A stretch of 27,857 bases of DNA from a virus (taxonomy: Duplodnaviria > Heunggongvirae > Uroviricota > Caudoviricetes), in the IMG/VR virus record IMGVR_UViG_2737471861_000021; one strand, 5' to 3'. A program made the position numbers and the translations under genes. Shown here in pieces: positions 1 to 7,496 of this stretch. The notes under the pieces are model-generated. The model saw nothing but the letters and a program-made list of their open reading frames with translations, was not told the origin of the DNA and made no database searches. How positions within the stretch are numbered: position 1 is the first letter of the stretch; each line of letters begins with the position of its first letter.

Positions 1-537
1 ATGACCACTATTACCAAAGAACGTATTGAATTGTTCATTAAAAATCCGCTTGAAAACGGGCTTACTCGTGGCGAACAAATGGAACTGGCACGAATTGCAC
101 TGGCATCACTGGGAGCAGAACCTGTAATCCAAACTTACAACTTGCCAGAATTAATCGAAGGCATGGAGGTTTCCATTGATGTAAGCACTTGTGATGCGGA
201 TTTAGGTAATCGCTATTTCGGTACCGTCACCGAGGCGTTAGAACTTGATACTGCCAAGAATGGTTACATCCTCCTGGTTCAGGACGCAGAGCCAAACTTC
301 GATATAAATGGCAACTCTCCGGTAACTCCGGATGGTTGGATAAGCTGTAGTGAGCGAATGCCAGATGATGGTCAGCACGTAATTATTTTATGTGATGGCG
401 CATTCGTTCTTTATGCGCAATATCGAGACGGAGAGTTTTTCGATATTGTCCGCAATGGTGATGAATTTTTCGAAACACAGAGTCGCAATGTAACCGACTG
501 GATGCGGCTACCGGAACCGCCGCAGGAGGTGAAGTGA
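1..537 (+). CDS. Phage early-region protein with a C-terminal DUF551-like domain (Eaa/Ead-like)
   Basis: 178-aa ORF starting at ATG 1. The C-terminal '[23 protein letters not shown]' pattern resembles DUF551 proteins of lambdoid prophage nin regions (recollection). Its stop overlaps the next start (TGATG). Confidence 0.55.
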   Translation: MTTITKERIELFIKNPLENGLTRGEQMELARIALASLGAEPVIQTYNLPELIEGMEVSIDVSTCDADLGNRYFGTVTEALELDTAKNGYILLVQDAEPNFDINGNSPVTPDGWISCSERMPDDGQHVIILCDGAFVLYAQYRDGEFFDIVRNGDEFFETQSRNVTDWMRLPEPPQEVK

Positions 538-878
538 TGGACTATTCACAGTTAAGTGATTTTGAAATTAACAGAATGGTAGGAGACATAATTTTTAAAG
601 GCCTTTGGGCATGTAAACCGGAAACATCAGGGAATAACACCAACAAATGGTATTACGGAAATACTGATACAACTTTTGAGCCATTAAACCCTTTACCTGA
701 CTACTGCAATGATCCGAGCGCCTCATGGCCGATTATTGAGAAACACAGGATTTCTATCTTAGACCAGTTAACTGAATGGTGTGTGGATGCAAAAGACGTA
801 AGACCAATATTTGATACCAGACCTCTCCGAGCCGCCATGATTGTATTTCTCATGATGCAGGAAAATCAGAATGGCTAA
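537..878 (+). CDS. Hypothetical small phage protein (possibly DUF2591-like)
   Basis: ORF track 534..878; the ATG at 537 overlaps the upstream stop and is the likelier start. Translationally coupled within a three-gene string; family assignment is from memory only. Confidence 0.5.
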   Translation: MDYSQLSDFEINRMVGDIIFKGLWACKPETSGNNTNKWYYGNTDTTFEPLNPLPDYCNDPSASWPIIEKHRISILDQLTEWCVDAKDVRPIFDTRPLRAAMIVFLMMQENQNG

Positions 879-1209
879 ATCAGCAGCAGAGCGCAAAGCC
901 GCTCAGAGAGCCAGACAAGCTGCATCTGGTGTGCGTAAGCTGGAAATTGTGCTTGATGCTCAGGAAATTGAAATGCTGGAGCGTAACTGTGCCACGCGTC
1001 GCCCCGGGCGTGCGCCTTACGAATTTGGTGAGTATATAGCGTTACTGATCCGCCAAGATGATGCACGCGTGCACGGGCGTATAAAATCGATCAGCAGAAA
1101 ACGTTGCGGTAAGTGCGGCGAGAGAGTTCCAGTTAATTCATGTCCGTGTAATGGTGACTCACAATGCTGGGTGACTAAAGGCTGGCATGAAACGAAATTA
1201 ATAGTGTGA
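871..1209 (+). CDS. Small basic Cys-rich (putative zinc-finger) protein; candidate regulator
   Basis: 112-aa ORF with a basic N-terminus ([15 protein letters not shown]) and a C-terminal Cys cluster ([21 protein letters not shown]). Last gene before the terminase operon; its stop codon lies inside palindrome copy 1. Confidence 0.5.
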   Translation: MAKSAAERKAAQRARQAASGVRKLEIVLDAQEIEMLERNCATRRPGRAPYEFGEYIALLIRQDDARVHGRIKSISRKRCGKCGERVPVNSCPCNGDSQCWVTKGWHETKLIV

Positions 1210-1218
1210 CATGTCACG
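1205..1218. repeat. Palindrome TGTGACATGTCACG, copy 1 of 3
   Basis: Read directly from the sequence; overlaps the TGA stop of the 871..1209 gene. Other copies at 3506..3519 and 20739..20752. Confidence 0.7.
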
Positions 1219-1258
1219 AGTAGATTATGCATGATGAATTTGATGGGTTTTGAATACT

Positions 1259-1285
1259 GCCGCCAACTATGGCGGCTTTATTTTG
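1259..1285 (+). terminator. Rho-independent terminator-like hairpin upstream of terS
   Basis: GCCGCCAACTATGGCGGC stem-loop followed by TTTATTTTG. It lies inside the long N-terminal extension of track ORF 1250..1960, which argues that extension is not coding. Confidence 0.5.
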
Positions 1286-1291
1286 CATGGT

Positions 1292-1320
1292 ACTATTACC
1301 ACAACGGTAACTATTACCAC
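1292..1320. repeat. Two 11-bp direct repeats (ACTATTACCAC) spaced 18 bp apart, just upstream of the terS start
   Basis: ACTATTACCAC at 1292-1302 and 1310-1320, seen directly. They produce the odd 'TITTTVTITTVV' translation in the track ORF. Confidence 0.5.
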
Positions 1321-1327
1321 GGTGGTT

Positions 1328-1960
1328 ATGATGCCTGCTGAACCTAAAACCTATAAACGCAAATCAACGCAATTTAAGCCGCTCACAGCAATGCAGGAGG
1401 CTTATTGCCAGTCATACATCAAAACGCCTGAAAACCAGACTCAGGCAGCGATTAACGCAGGATTCTCCCCAAATACAGCGGCAGTTAAAGCCAGTGTCAT
1501 GATGCGCGATGAACGCATTCAAAAACGGATTGCCGAGTTGATGGAGGAGCGCAACAAGCGCCTGCGCGTCAGTGCTGATTATGTCCTGCTGCGCCTGGTG
1601 GAAATCGACCAGATGGACGTGCTGGATATCCTGAACGATGACGGCGGGATGAAGCCGATCGCTGAATGGCCGAAGGTCTGGCGTACCTCTCTCAGTGCTA
1701 TGGATATCGCTACCATCAAGACGACCCAGGCTTCTCTGCAAAAAGAGAATGGCGAGGCGGATCTCTCTGTTGAGGATGTCGAGCATATCCTGAAGAAGGT
1801 GAAATGGCCCGACAAGGTGAAAAACCTCGAGCTCATCGGTAAGCACGTCGACGTTAACGCGTTCAAAGAGCGCCTGGATGTTAATGTGAATGTGACAATT
1901 GCTGATCGCATAGCGGCAGCCAGGAAGCGACTCAAAGAACGTCAGGATGGTAATCAGTGA
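1328..1960 (+). CDS. Terminase small subunit (Terminase_2-like)
   Basis: Internal Met start chosen downstream of the terminator hairpin (track ORF 1250..1960). The 'KPLTAMQEAYCQSYIKTPENQTQAAINAGFSPNTAAVKA' region looks like small-terminase HTH proteins (recollection). Stop overlaps the large-terminase GTG start. Confidence 0.6.
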   Translation: MMPAEPKTYKRKSTQFKPLTAMQEAYCQSYIKTPENQTQAAINAGFSPNTAAVKASVMMRDERIQKRIAELMEERNKRLRVSADYVLLRLVEIDQMDVLDILNDDGGMKPIAEWPKVWRTSLSAMDIATIKTTQASLQKENGEADLSVEDVEHILKKVKWPDKVKNLELIGKHVDVNAFKERLDVNVNVTIADRIAAARKRLKERQDGNQ

Positions 1961-3432
1961 CAGATGCAGCGTTATCTCCTGAAGAGCAGTTAATCGAAGA
2001 TATTGCAGGGTTCACTCACGATCCGCTTGGCTATGCCCTCTATGCGTTCCCTTGGGGGGAAGAGGGGACTGAACTGGCACATGCTACCGGTCCACGTCAG
2101 TGGCAGGCCGATGCGTTCCGAGAGATACGTGATCACCTGCAGAATCCAGAGACGCGCTATCAGCCGCTTATGCTGGCACGCGCTTCTGGTCACGGTATTG
2201 GTAAATCCGCATTCATCTCAATGCTGATCAACTGGGGCATGTCCACTTGCGAGGATTGTAAGGTCGTGGTGACCGCCAACACCGACAACCAGCTACGAAC
2301 GAAGACCTGGCCGGAAATTATCAAGTGGTCGAACCTTGCCATCACGAAAGACTGGTTTACCTGTACCGCTACCGCGATGTACAGCAATGATCCTGGGCAC
2401 GACAAGCGGTGGCGAGCTGACGCAATCCCCTGGTCTGAGCACAACACTGAGGCATTCGCCGGACTACACAACGAGCGCAAACGCATCATCGTGGTATTCG
2501 ATGAAGCGTCGAACATTGCGGATCTGGTGTGGGAAGTTGCTGAGGGGGCGCTAACGGACGAAGACACTGAGATTATCTGGGTGGCGTTCGGAAACCCTAC
2601 ACGTAACACCGGGCGTTTCCGCGAATGTTTCCGCAAATATAAACACCGCTGGAAAACTGCGCAGATTGACAGCCGGACGGTGGAAGGCACCAACAAACAG
2701 CAGTTGCAGAAATGGGTTGATGACTACGGGGAAGACAGCGACTTCGTTAAAATCCGTGTGCGCGGCATATTCCCGGATGCATCTGAATTGCAGTTTATCC
2801 CTACCGGACTTACTGACGAGGCAATGAAACGGGTGGTCACCGCTGCGCAGGTGGCGCATGCTCCGGTGATAATCGGTGTTGACCCGGCATATTCAGGCGT
2901 TGATGACGCGGTGATATACCTGCGGCAGGGGCTACACAGTAAGGTGCTGTGGACTGGCAACAAGACTACCGACGATCTGATTATGGCGAAGCGTATCGCT
3001 GACTTTGAAGACCAGTATCAGGCTGACGCGGTGTTCATCGACTTCGGTTACGGAACAGGTTTGAAGTCAATCGGTGATGGCTGGGGACGTACATGGCAAC
3101 TTGTTCCGTTCGGCGGTGCGTCCACCGATCCCCAGATGCTCAACAAGCGCGGCGAGATGTTCAACTCATGCAAGACATGGCTGAGGCTGGGCGGCATGCT
3201 TGATGACCAGGAAACAGCGGACGACCTGTCGGCGGCAGAGTACAAAGTTCGAGTGGACGGTAAAATCGTTATCGAACCGAAGGAAGATATCAAGGAGCGG
3301 CTTGGGCGTTCTCCTGGTAAAGGCGATGCGCTATTGCTGACGTTTGCCTTCCCTGTGTCGAAGCGTCTGCGAATTCCAGGTCAGCAGAACCAGCAAGGCA
3401 AGGCCATTACAGATTACGATCCCTATGCTTAA
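1957..3432 (+). CDS. Terminase large subunit
   Basis: 491-aa ORF immediately after terS with a GTGA overlap. Size, position and an ATPase-like N-terminus followed by a nuclease-like C-terminus are typical of a large terminase. Confidence 0.8.
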   Translation: MTDAALSPEEQLIEDIAGFTHDPLGYALYAFPWGEEGTELAHATGPRQWQADAFREIRDHLQNPETRYQPLMLARASGHGIGKSAFISMLINWGMSTCEDCKVVVTANTDNQLRTKTWPEIIKWSNLAITKDWFTCTATAMYSNDPGHDKRWRADAIPWSEHNTEAFAGLHNERKRIIVVFDEASNIADLVWEVAEGALTDEDTEIIWVAFGNPTRNTGRFRECFRKYKHRWKTAQIDSRTVEGTNKQQLQKWVDDYGEDSDFVKIRVRGIFPDASELQFIPTGLTDEAMKRVVTAAQVAHAPVIIGVDPAYSGVDDAVIYLRQGLHSKVLWTGNKTTDDLIMAKRIADFEDQYQADAVFIDFGYGTGLKSIGDGWGRTWQLVPFGGASTDPQMLNKRGEMFNSCKTWLRLGGMLDDQETADDLSAAEYKVRVDGKIVIEPKEDIKERLGRSPGKGDALLLTFAFPVSKRLRIPGQQNQQGKAITDYDPYA

Positions 3433-3482
3433 TCCGCTGGTGGGGATAATGTCGTTGATATCCTCTGGTGAGGATAAAACAA

Positions 3483-3507
3483 AGCCAGCTCATAGGCTGG
3501 CTGTTTG
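3483..3507. terminator. Bidirectional terminator hairpin between convergent genes
   Basis: AGCCAGC-tcatag-GCTGGCT stem-loop flanked by an A-run upstream and GTTTG downstream. Sits between terL (+) and the convergent 123-aa gene (-). Confidence 0.5.
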
Positions 3508-3519
3508 TGACATGTCACG
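3506..3519. repeat. Palindrome TGTGACATGTCACG, copy 2 of 3
   Basis: Identical 14-mer to copy 1; 4 bp beyond the stop of the minus-strand 123-aa gene and abutting the terminator hairpin. Confidence 0.7.
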
Positions 3520-3522
3520 GTG

Positions 3523-3894
3523 TTATTGCTCGCTTAACTTCTGCTTCAGCAAGTAACCTTCAAGCATCCAGATTTTGTTTACAGCATTCTGCCGGGCAAT
3601 CTTCCGACCAATTTCTGCATCAAAGTTTTCCGGGCTTGCACAGGCGCTCTCTCCGGTGACGGTGAAGCCGTTGCGCAGCACCAGGACGCAGAACGTCAGC
3701 AGAGAAAGTGATTCGTGCGGCTGGTAGTTTACCTCTCCGCCAGTATGTTTCGCTTTTATGGATTTGCCAAAGGCACCATCTTCTGCTGTGAAATATGCCT
3801 CCTGAGCAATAATGCCTTCGATATGGTCTGGCGTAACGCGCGGTGCCGTTTTGCCTTTCTCAACGATTTCTTTTTCGATTTGCTGGTCGTTCAT
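3523..3894 (-). CDS. Conserved hypothetical phage protein, reverse-oriented cargo gene (possibly N4 gp49/Sf6 gp66-like)
   Basis: 123-aa ORF on the minus strand with a strong RBS (AAGGTGAG) before its ATG. Opposite orientation to all flanking structural genes. Family guess is recollection only. Confidence 0.55.
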   Translation of the reverse strand: MNDQQIEKEIVEKGKTAPRVTPDHIEGIIAQEAYFTAEDGAFGKSIKAKHTGGEVNYQPHESLSLLTFCVLVLRNGFTVTGESACASPENFDAEIGRKIARQNAVNKIWMLEGYLLKQKLSEQ

Positions 3895-3905
3895 AATCTC
3901 ACCTT

Positions 3906-3929
3906 AAAAAAATGCCCGGCGAACCGGGC
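3906..3929 (-). terminator. Hairpin plus U-tract (minus strand) directly abutting the RBS of the 123-aa gene
   Basis: Minus-strand GCCCGG-TTCG-CCGGGC followed by TTTTTTT; the T-run ends at the RBS. Could be a terminator, attenuator or processing site. Confidence 0.4.
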
Positions 3930-4002
3930 GAACTGGAAGCAATGAGTTATGCCTTCCGTGGCTGTACGGGTTTACAGCATGAAGTCATCGCAATGGCGTC
4001 CT

Positions 4003-4049
4003 GCTGTAAAAAGGGCGGTGATAGTCCTTCAAGGGAAACCATCACCGCC
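4003..4049 (-). terminator. Possible terminator hairpin downstream of the tRNA
   Basis: 9-bp stem GGCGGTGAT/ATCACCGCC with a large loop, followed on the minus strand by CTTTTTAC. About 45 nt 3' of the tRNA. Confidence 0.3.
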
Positions 4050-4092
4050 AAGCACCTGGAACTTCTGGCATCACGGTCCTTAGGCGTGATTC

Positions 4093-4169
4093 TGGCGTGG
4101 CATGCAGGATTCGAACCTGCGACCAACCGCTTAGAAGGCGGTTGCTCTGTCCAACTGAGCTAATGCCAC
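4093..4169 (-). tRNA. tRNA-Arg (anticodon UCU)
   Basis: Minus-strand 77-nt sequence GTGGCATTAGCTCAGTTGGACAGAGCAACCGCCTTCTAAGCGGTTGGTCGCAGGTTCGAATCCTGCATGCCACGCCA folded by hand into a cloverleaf: 7-bp acceptor stem, GCTC/GAGC D-stem, anticodon loop CUUCUAA (UCU), GCAGG-TTCGAAT-CCTGC T-arm, encoded CCA. Closely resembles E. coli argU as I recall it. Confidence 0.85.
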
Positions 4170-4596
4170 AACGCTGAGAGCACTTAGCCTGTTAAGGCAC
4201 CACACTTTGTCGCGGCTCCATAAATGCTCTCATCGTTGTACCCTCGTCTCTTCCGAGGCGTCACACCGAATCGCCGGGATGGTGAATCCCCGTGCGCGGA
4301 ATAAAACCGCTCGACTTGCACATTCCGGCTACCTGGTTCGTTTGCCCGAGCAAGGGAGGGTGCCCCTTAAACGTATCCAGACCGCTATCGGCGCATGTGC
4401 CATACGCCGTACTGCTCAAAATAAAAGCTCACTCCACCTGTTCAATTTAACGACAAGCCAGTCAGGTTAGTAACCGGAATGAACTCTTTGGTTACCTGAA
4501 AGGTAATAATTTGTGCGTTAAATGTCAACTATCTACGATAAATAAATCATATGTGGTTAAATTGGTAATAATTTAATTGCGTACGGAGTCATTGAT

Positions 4597-4803
4597 ATGT
4601 GCATGGGTAGCTCACCGTCAGTGCCTGCAACACCAGAAGTTCAGGCAGCACCACAGGAGCAGGATGCCGCCGTTGTTGATGCCCGCGACGAAGAAACTCG
4701 TCGCCGTCGCGCTGCTGCTGGTCGTAGTTCTACGCTGCTTACCGGTTCTCAGGGCGACACATCAACCGCTAATACCAGCGGTAAAACGCTGCTTGGTCAG
4801 TAA
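4597..4803 (+). CDS. Small protein encoded directly upstream of the portal gene (possible minor virion protein)
   Basis: 68-aa ORF with a GGAG RBS. N-terminus 'MCMGSSPS...' and an Ala/Arg-rich middle. The alternative-frame ORF 4577..4816 looks less protein-like. Confidence 0.4.
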   Translation: MCMGSSPSVPATPEVQAAPQEQDAAVVDARDEETRRRRAAAGRSSTLLTGSQGDTSTANTSGKTLLGQ

Positions 4804-4817
4804 CCGGAGTCATTGAA

Positions 4818-6497
4818 ATGGCTGAAACAACTAAAGAGCGATTGAACAAACAGTTCGCACAACTTGAAAGCGAGCGTCAGTCGTTCGAGCCGCACTGGCG
4901 CGAGTTGAGTGATTACATCAACCCGCGTGGTTCCCGCTTTCTGACTTCTGAGGTCAACCGTAACGATCGACGCAATACACGCATTATTGATTCGACCGGG
5001 ACTATGGCGGCGCGCACTCTCGCCAGCGGCATGATGTCAGGCATCACAAGCCCCGCGCGTCCGTGGTTTCGCCTGGCTACGCCAGATCCTGAAATGATGG
5101 ATTATGGCCCTGTTAAGTTGTGGCTTGAGGCGGTGCAGAACCGCATGAACGATATGTTCAATAAGTCGAATCTCTACCAGTCTCTTCCGCAGTTATACGG
5201 AAGCCTCGGCACATACAGCACTGGTGCAATGGCAGTGCTGGAGGATGACGAGGACATCATTCGTACAATGCCATTCCCGATAGGCAGTTACTACCTGGCT
5301 AACTCACCTCGTGGCAGTGTTGACACCTGTTTTCGCAAGTTCTCTATGACTGTTCGTCAGCTTGTTCAGGAGTTCGGGCTAAATAACGTCAGCGAATCCG
5401 TAAAAAGCATGTGGGAAAGCGGCACCTACGAGAAGTGGATCGAAGTGATGCATTCGGTTTACCCGAACATTGACCGCGATACATCGAAGCTGGATAGCAA
5501 GAACAAGCCATTCAAATCGGTTTATTACGAGGTTGGCGGCGATAACGACAAGTTGTTGCGTGAGTCCGGATTCGATGAGTTTCCAATTATGGCTCCGCGC
5601 TGGGAAGTTAACGGCGAAGATGTTTATGGATCATCATGCCCGGGTATGCTGGCGCTTGGACCTGTTAAGGCATTGCAGCTTCTCCAGAAGCGCAAGTCGC
5701 AGTTGATTGATAAAGCCACCAATCCGCCGATGGTTGCTCCGACTTCCCTCAAGAATCAGCGCGCCTCCCTTCTTCCTGGCGACATCACGTATATCGATCA
5801 GATTACTGGTCAGGATGGTTTCAGGCCTGCTTATCTGGTTAACCCCAGTACAGCAGATCTGGTGGCAGACATTCAGGACACTCGCCAAATCATTAACAGC
5901 GCCTACTTTGTCGATCTGTTCATGATGTTGCAGAACATCAATACCCGCTCGATGCCTGTTGAAGCGGTGATCGAAATGAAAGAAGAAAAACTTCTGATGT
6001 TGGGGCCGGTTCTGGAGCGTCTGAACGACGAATGTCTTAATCCTCTCATTGACCGCGCTTTCTCTATGATGGTGCGTAAAAACATGCTGCCGCCACCGCC
6101 TTACGCGATGGAAGGCATGCCCCTGAAGGTCGAATACATTTCCGTCATGGCTCAGGCGCAGAAGTCTATCGGCCTGTCCAGTCTGGCGTCCACGGTTAAC
6201 TTCATTGGTCAACTTGCGCAAGCGAAACCAGAAGCTCTCGACAAACTCAACGTTGATCAGGCGATCGATGCATTCGCTGATATGTCCGGAGTGTCTCCAA
6301 CCGTCATTGTTCCGCAGGAACAGGTTGAGCAGGCTCGCCAGCAACGGGCACAGCAACAACAGCAGCAACAAATGATGGCGATGGGGATGGCGGCGGCACA
6401 GGGTGCCAAGACGCTAAGTGAAGCTAAAACTTCGGATCCGAGTGTTTTGTCAGCTATGGCGAATGCAGTTAGTGGTCAGGGTGGGCAATCACAATGA
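4818..6497 (+). CDS. Portal / head-to-tail connector protein (T7 gp8-like)
   Basis: 559-aa ORF. The C-terminal 'QQQQQQQMMAMGMAAAQGA' tail and overall pattern resemble the T7-type connector (recollection). Positioned after terminase; stop overlaps the next start (ATGA). Confidence 0.85.
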   Translation: MAETTKERLNKQFAQLESERQSFEPHWRELSDYINPRGSRFLTSEVNRNDRRNTRIIDSTGTMAARTLASGMMSGITSPARPWFRLATPDPEMMDYGPVKLWLEAVQNRMNDMFNKSNLYQSLPQLYGSLGTYSTGAMAVLEDDEDIIRTMPFPIGSYYLANSPRGSVDTCFRKFSMTVRQLVQEFGLNNVSESVKSMWESGTYEKWIEVMHSVYPNIDRDTSKLDSKNKPFKSVYYEVGGDNDKLLRESGFDEFPIMAPRWEVNGEDVYGSSCPGMLALGPVKALQLLQKRKSQLIDKATNPPMVAPTSLKNQRASLLPGDITYIDQITGQDGFRPAYLVNPSTADLVADIQDTRQIINSAYFVDLFMMLQNINTRSMPVEAVIEMKEEKLLMLGPVLERLNDECLNPLIDRAFSMMVRKNMLPPPPYAMEGMPLKVEYISVMAQAQKSIGLSSLASTVNFIGQLAQAKPEALDKLNVDQAIDAFADMSGVSPTVIVPQEQVEQARQQRAQQQQQQQMMAMGMAAAQGAKTLSEAKTSDPSVLSAMANAVSGQGGQSQ

Positions 6498-6790
6498 CAG
6501 ATTACGAAGACGATCAACTGAAAGAAGAAAACGACCGTAAGCAACGTGACATGGCACAGCGTGAAATTGATGACATTCGCTTTGTCATGAGCAGTGAACA
6601 GGGGCGTCGAGTTGTCTGGTCGGTGCTGGAGAAAGGCCGTGTGTTTTCCGCTATCTCGCCGATGGACGCTATGGCAATGGCATTTAATGAGGGGCAACGC
6701 AATCTGGCGCTGGAACTGTTTCAGCGCGTTATGGCGCATTGCCCTGAACAGTATTTGAAGATGGCCAAAGAGGCCAGTGAACAGGAGTGA
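6494..6790 (+). CDS. Small head-assembly-associated protein, function unknown
   Basis: 98-aa acidic ORF translationally coupled to both portal and scaffold genes. Confidence 0.5.
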   Translation: MTDYEDDQLKEENDRKQRDMAQREIDDIRFVMSSEQGRRVVWSVLEKGRVFSAISPMDAMAMAFNEGQRNLALELFQRVMAHCPEQYLKMAKEASEQE

Positions 6791-6792
6791 TC

Positions 6793-7488
6793 ATGAATTT
6801 ATTTGAGCGTTTGCTGTATCGCCGTCTTTGCAATGAGCAACCAGTCGATGGTGGAGCAGCTCCGGCTGCGTCAGAACCGTCAGCGCCTGCAGGTGATAAC
6901 CCTGCTCCAGTTGGTGATCCATCACAACAGGAAGGTGATAAGCCACAACCTGTTGCTGATGGCGATAAACCTGCTGATGACAAAAAGCCTGAAAACGATA
7001 AGCAGGATGAAAAAAAGGACGGCGATAAACCAGAGGGTGCGCCTGAGAAGTACGAGTTTCAGGCTGCCGAAGGCGTAGAACTGGATACAGAAGCGTTGAA
7101 GGAATTCGAGCCGGTGGCGCGAGAACTTAACCTGACCAACGAGCAAGCGCAAAAGCTGGTTGATGCTTATCCGAAGATTCTGGCAGGTGTTCAGCAGCGC
7201 CAGGCAGAAGCCTGGCAGAAAACAACCGAGCAGTGGGCTGCGGATGTAAAAGCTGACAAAGAAATCGGTGGCGACAAGTTGATTTCTAACCTTAGCGCCG
7301 CACAGCGTGCGCTTGACCAGTTCGGGACACCTGAACTCAAAGAATATCTGAACACCACCGGGCTGGGTAATCACCCTGATCTGGTCAAAACGTTCGTGAA
7401 AATCGGAAAGGCGATGTCTGAAGATGGCATGGTCACCGGTGGTAATGAAGGCCAGCGTAGTGCGGCCGAAGTGCTCTATGGCAAATAA
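6793..7488 (+). CDS. Scaffolding protein (putative)
   Basis: ATG at 6793 with an AGGAG RBS (track ORF 6787..7488). Low-complexity Pro/Ala/Asp/Lys-rich N-terminal half, helical C-terminal half; sits between portal and major capsid. Confidence 0.55.
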   Translation: MNLFERLLYRRLCNEQPVDGGAAPAASEPSAPAGDNPAPVGDPSQQEGDKPQPVADGDKPADDKKPENDKQDEKKDGDKPEGAPEKYEFQAAEGVELDTEALKEFEPVARELNLTNEQAQKLVDAYPKILAGVQQRQAEAWQKTTEQWAADVKADKEIGGDKLISNLSAAQRALDQFGTPELKEYLNTTGLGNHPDLVKTFVKIGKAMSEDGMVTGGNEGQRSAAEVLYGK

Positions 7489-7496
7489 GAGAGGAA

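Noticed and set aside
1250-1327. N-terminal extension of terS beginning at ATG 1250
   Set aside because: Reads through a terminator-like hairpin and the tandem direct repeats, giving an implausible TITTTVTITTVV peptide; an internal Met near 1328 is the more credible start.
2190-2696. 168-aa minus-strand ORF inside the large terminase gene
   Set aside because: Shadow ORF antisense to the terminase large subunit; low-complexity composition.
3912-4163. 83-aa + strand ORF overlapping the tRNA locus
   Set aside because: Overlaps the hand-folded tRNA-Arg on the opposite strand and the hairpins; no RBS; most likely non-coding.
4207-4470. 87-aa + strand ORF in the non-coding stretch upstream of the portal operon
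   Set aside because: Arg/His/Ser-rich composition unlike real proteins and no RBS; treated as non-coding.
4170-4470. Possible second tRNA or tRNA cluster (ileZ-argN-argO style) next to tRNA-Arg
   Set aside because: Scanning both strands by eye, I found no second T-arm (GGTTCGAATCC-like) or cloverleaf; only one tRNA is supportable. tRNAscan-SE should confirm.
5634-6371. 245-aa minus-strand ORF antisense to the portal gene
   Set aside because: Lies entirely within the well-supported portal CDS on the opposite strand, has no RBS and has low-complexity Leu/Arg-rich composition typical of antisense frames in GC-rich coding DNA.
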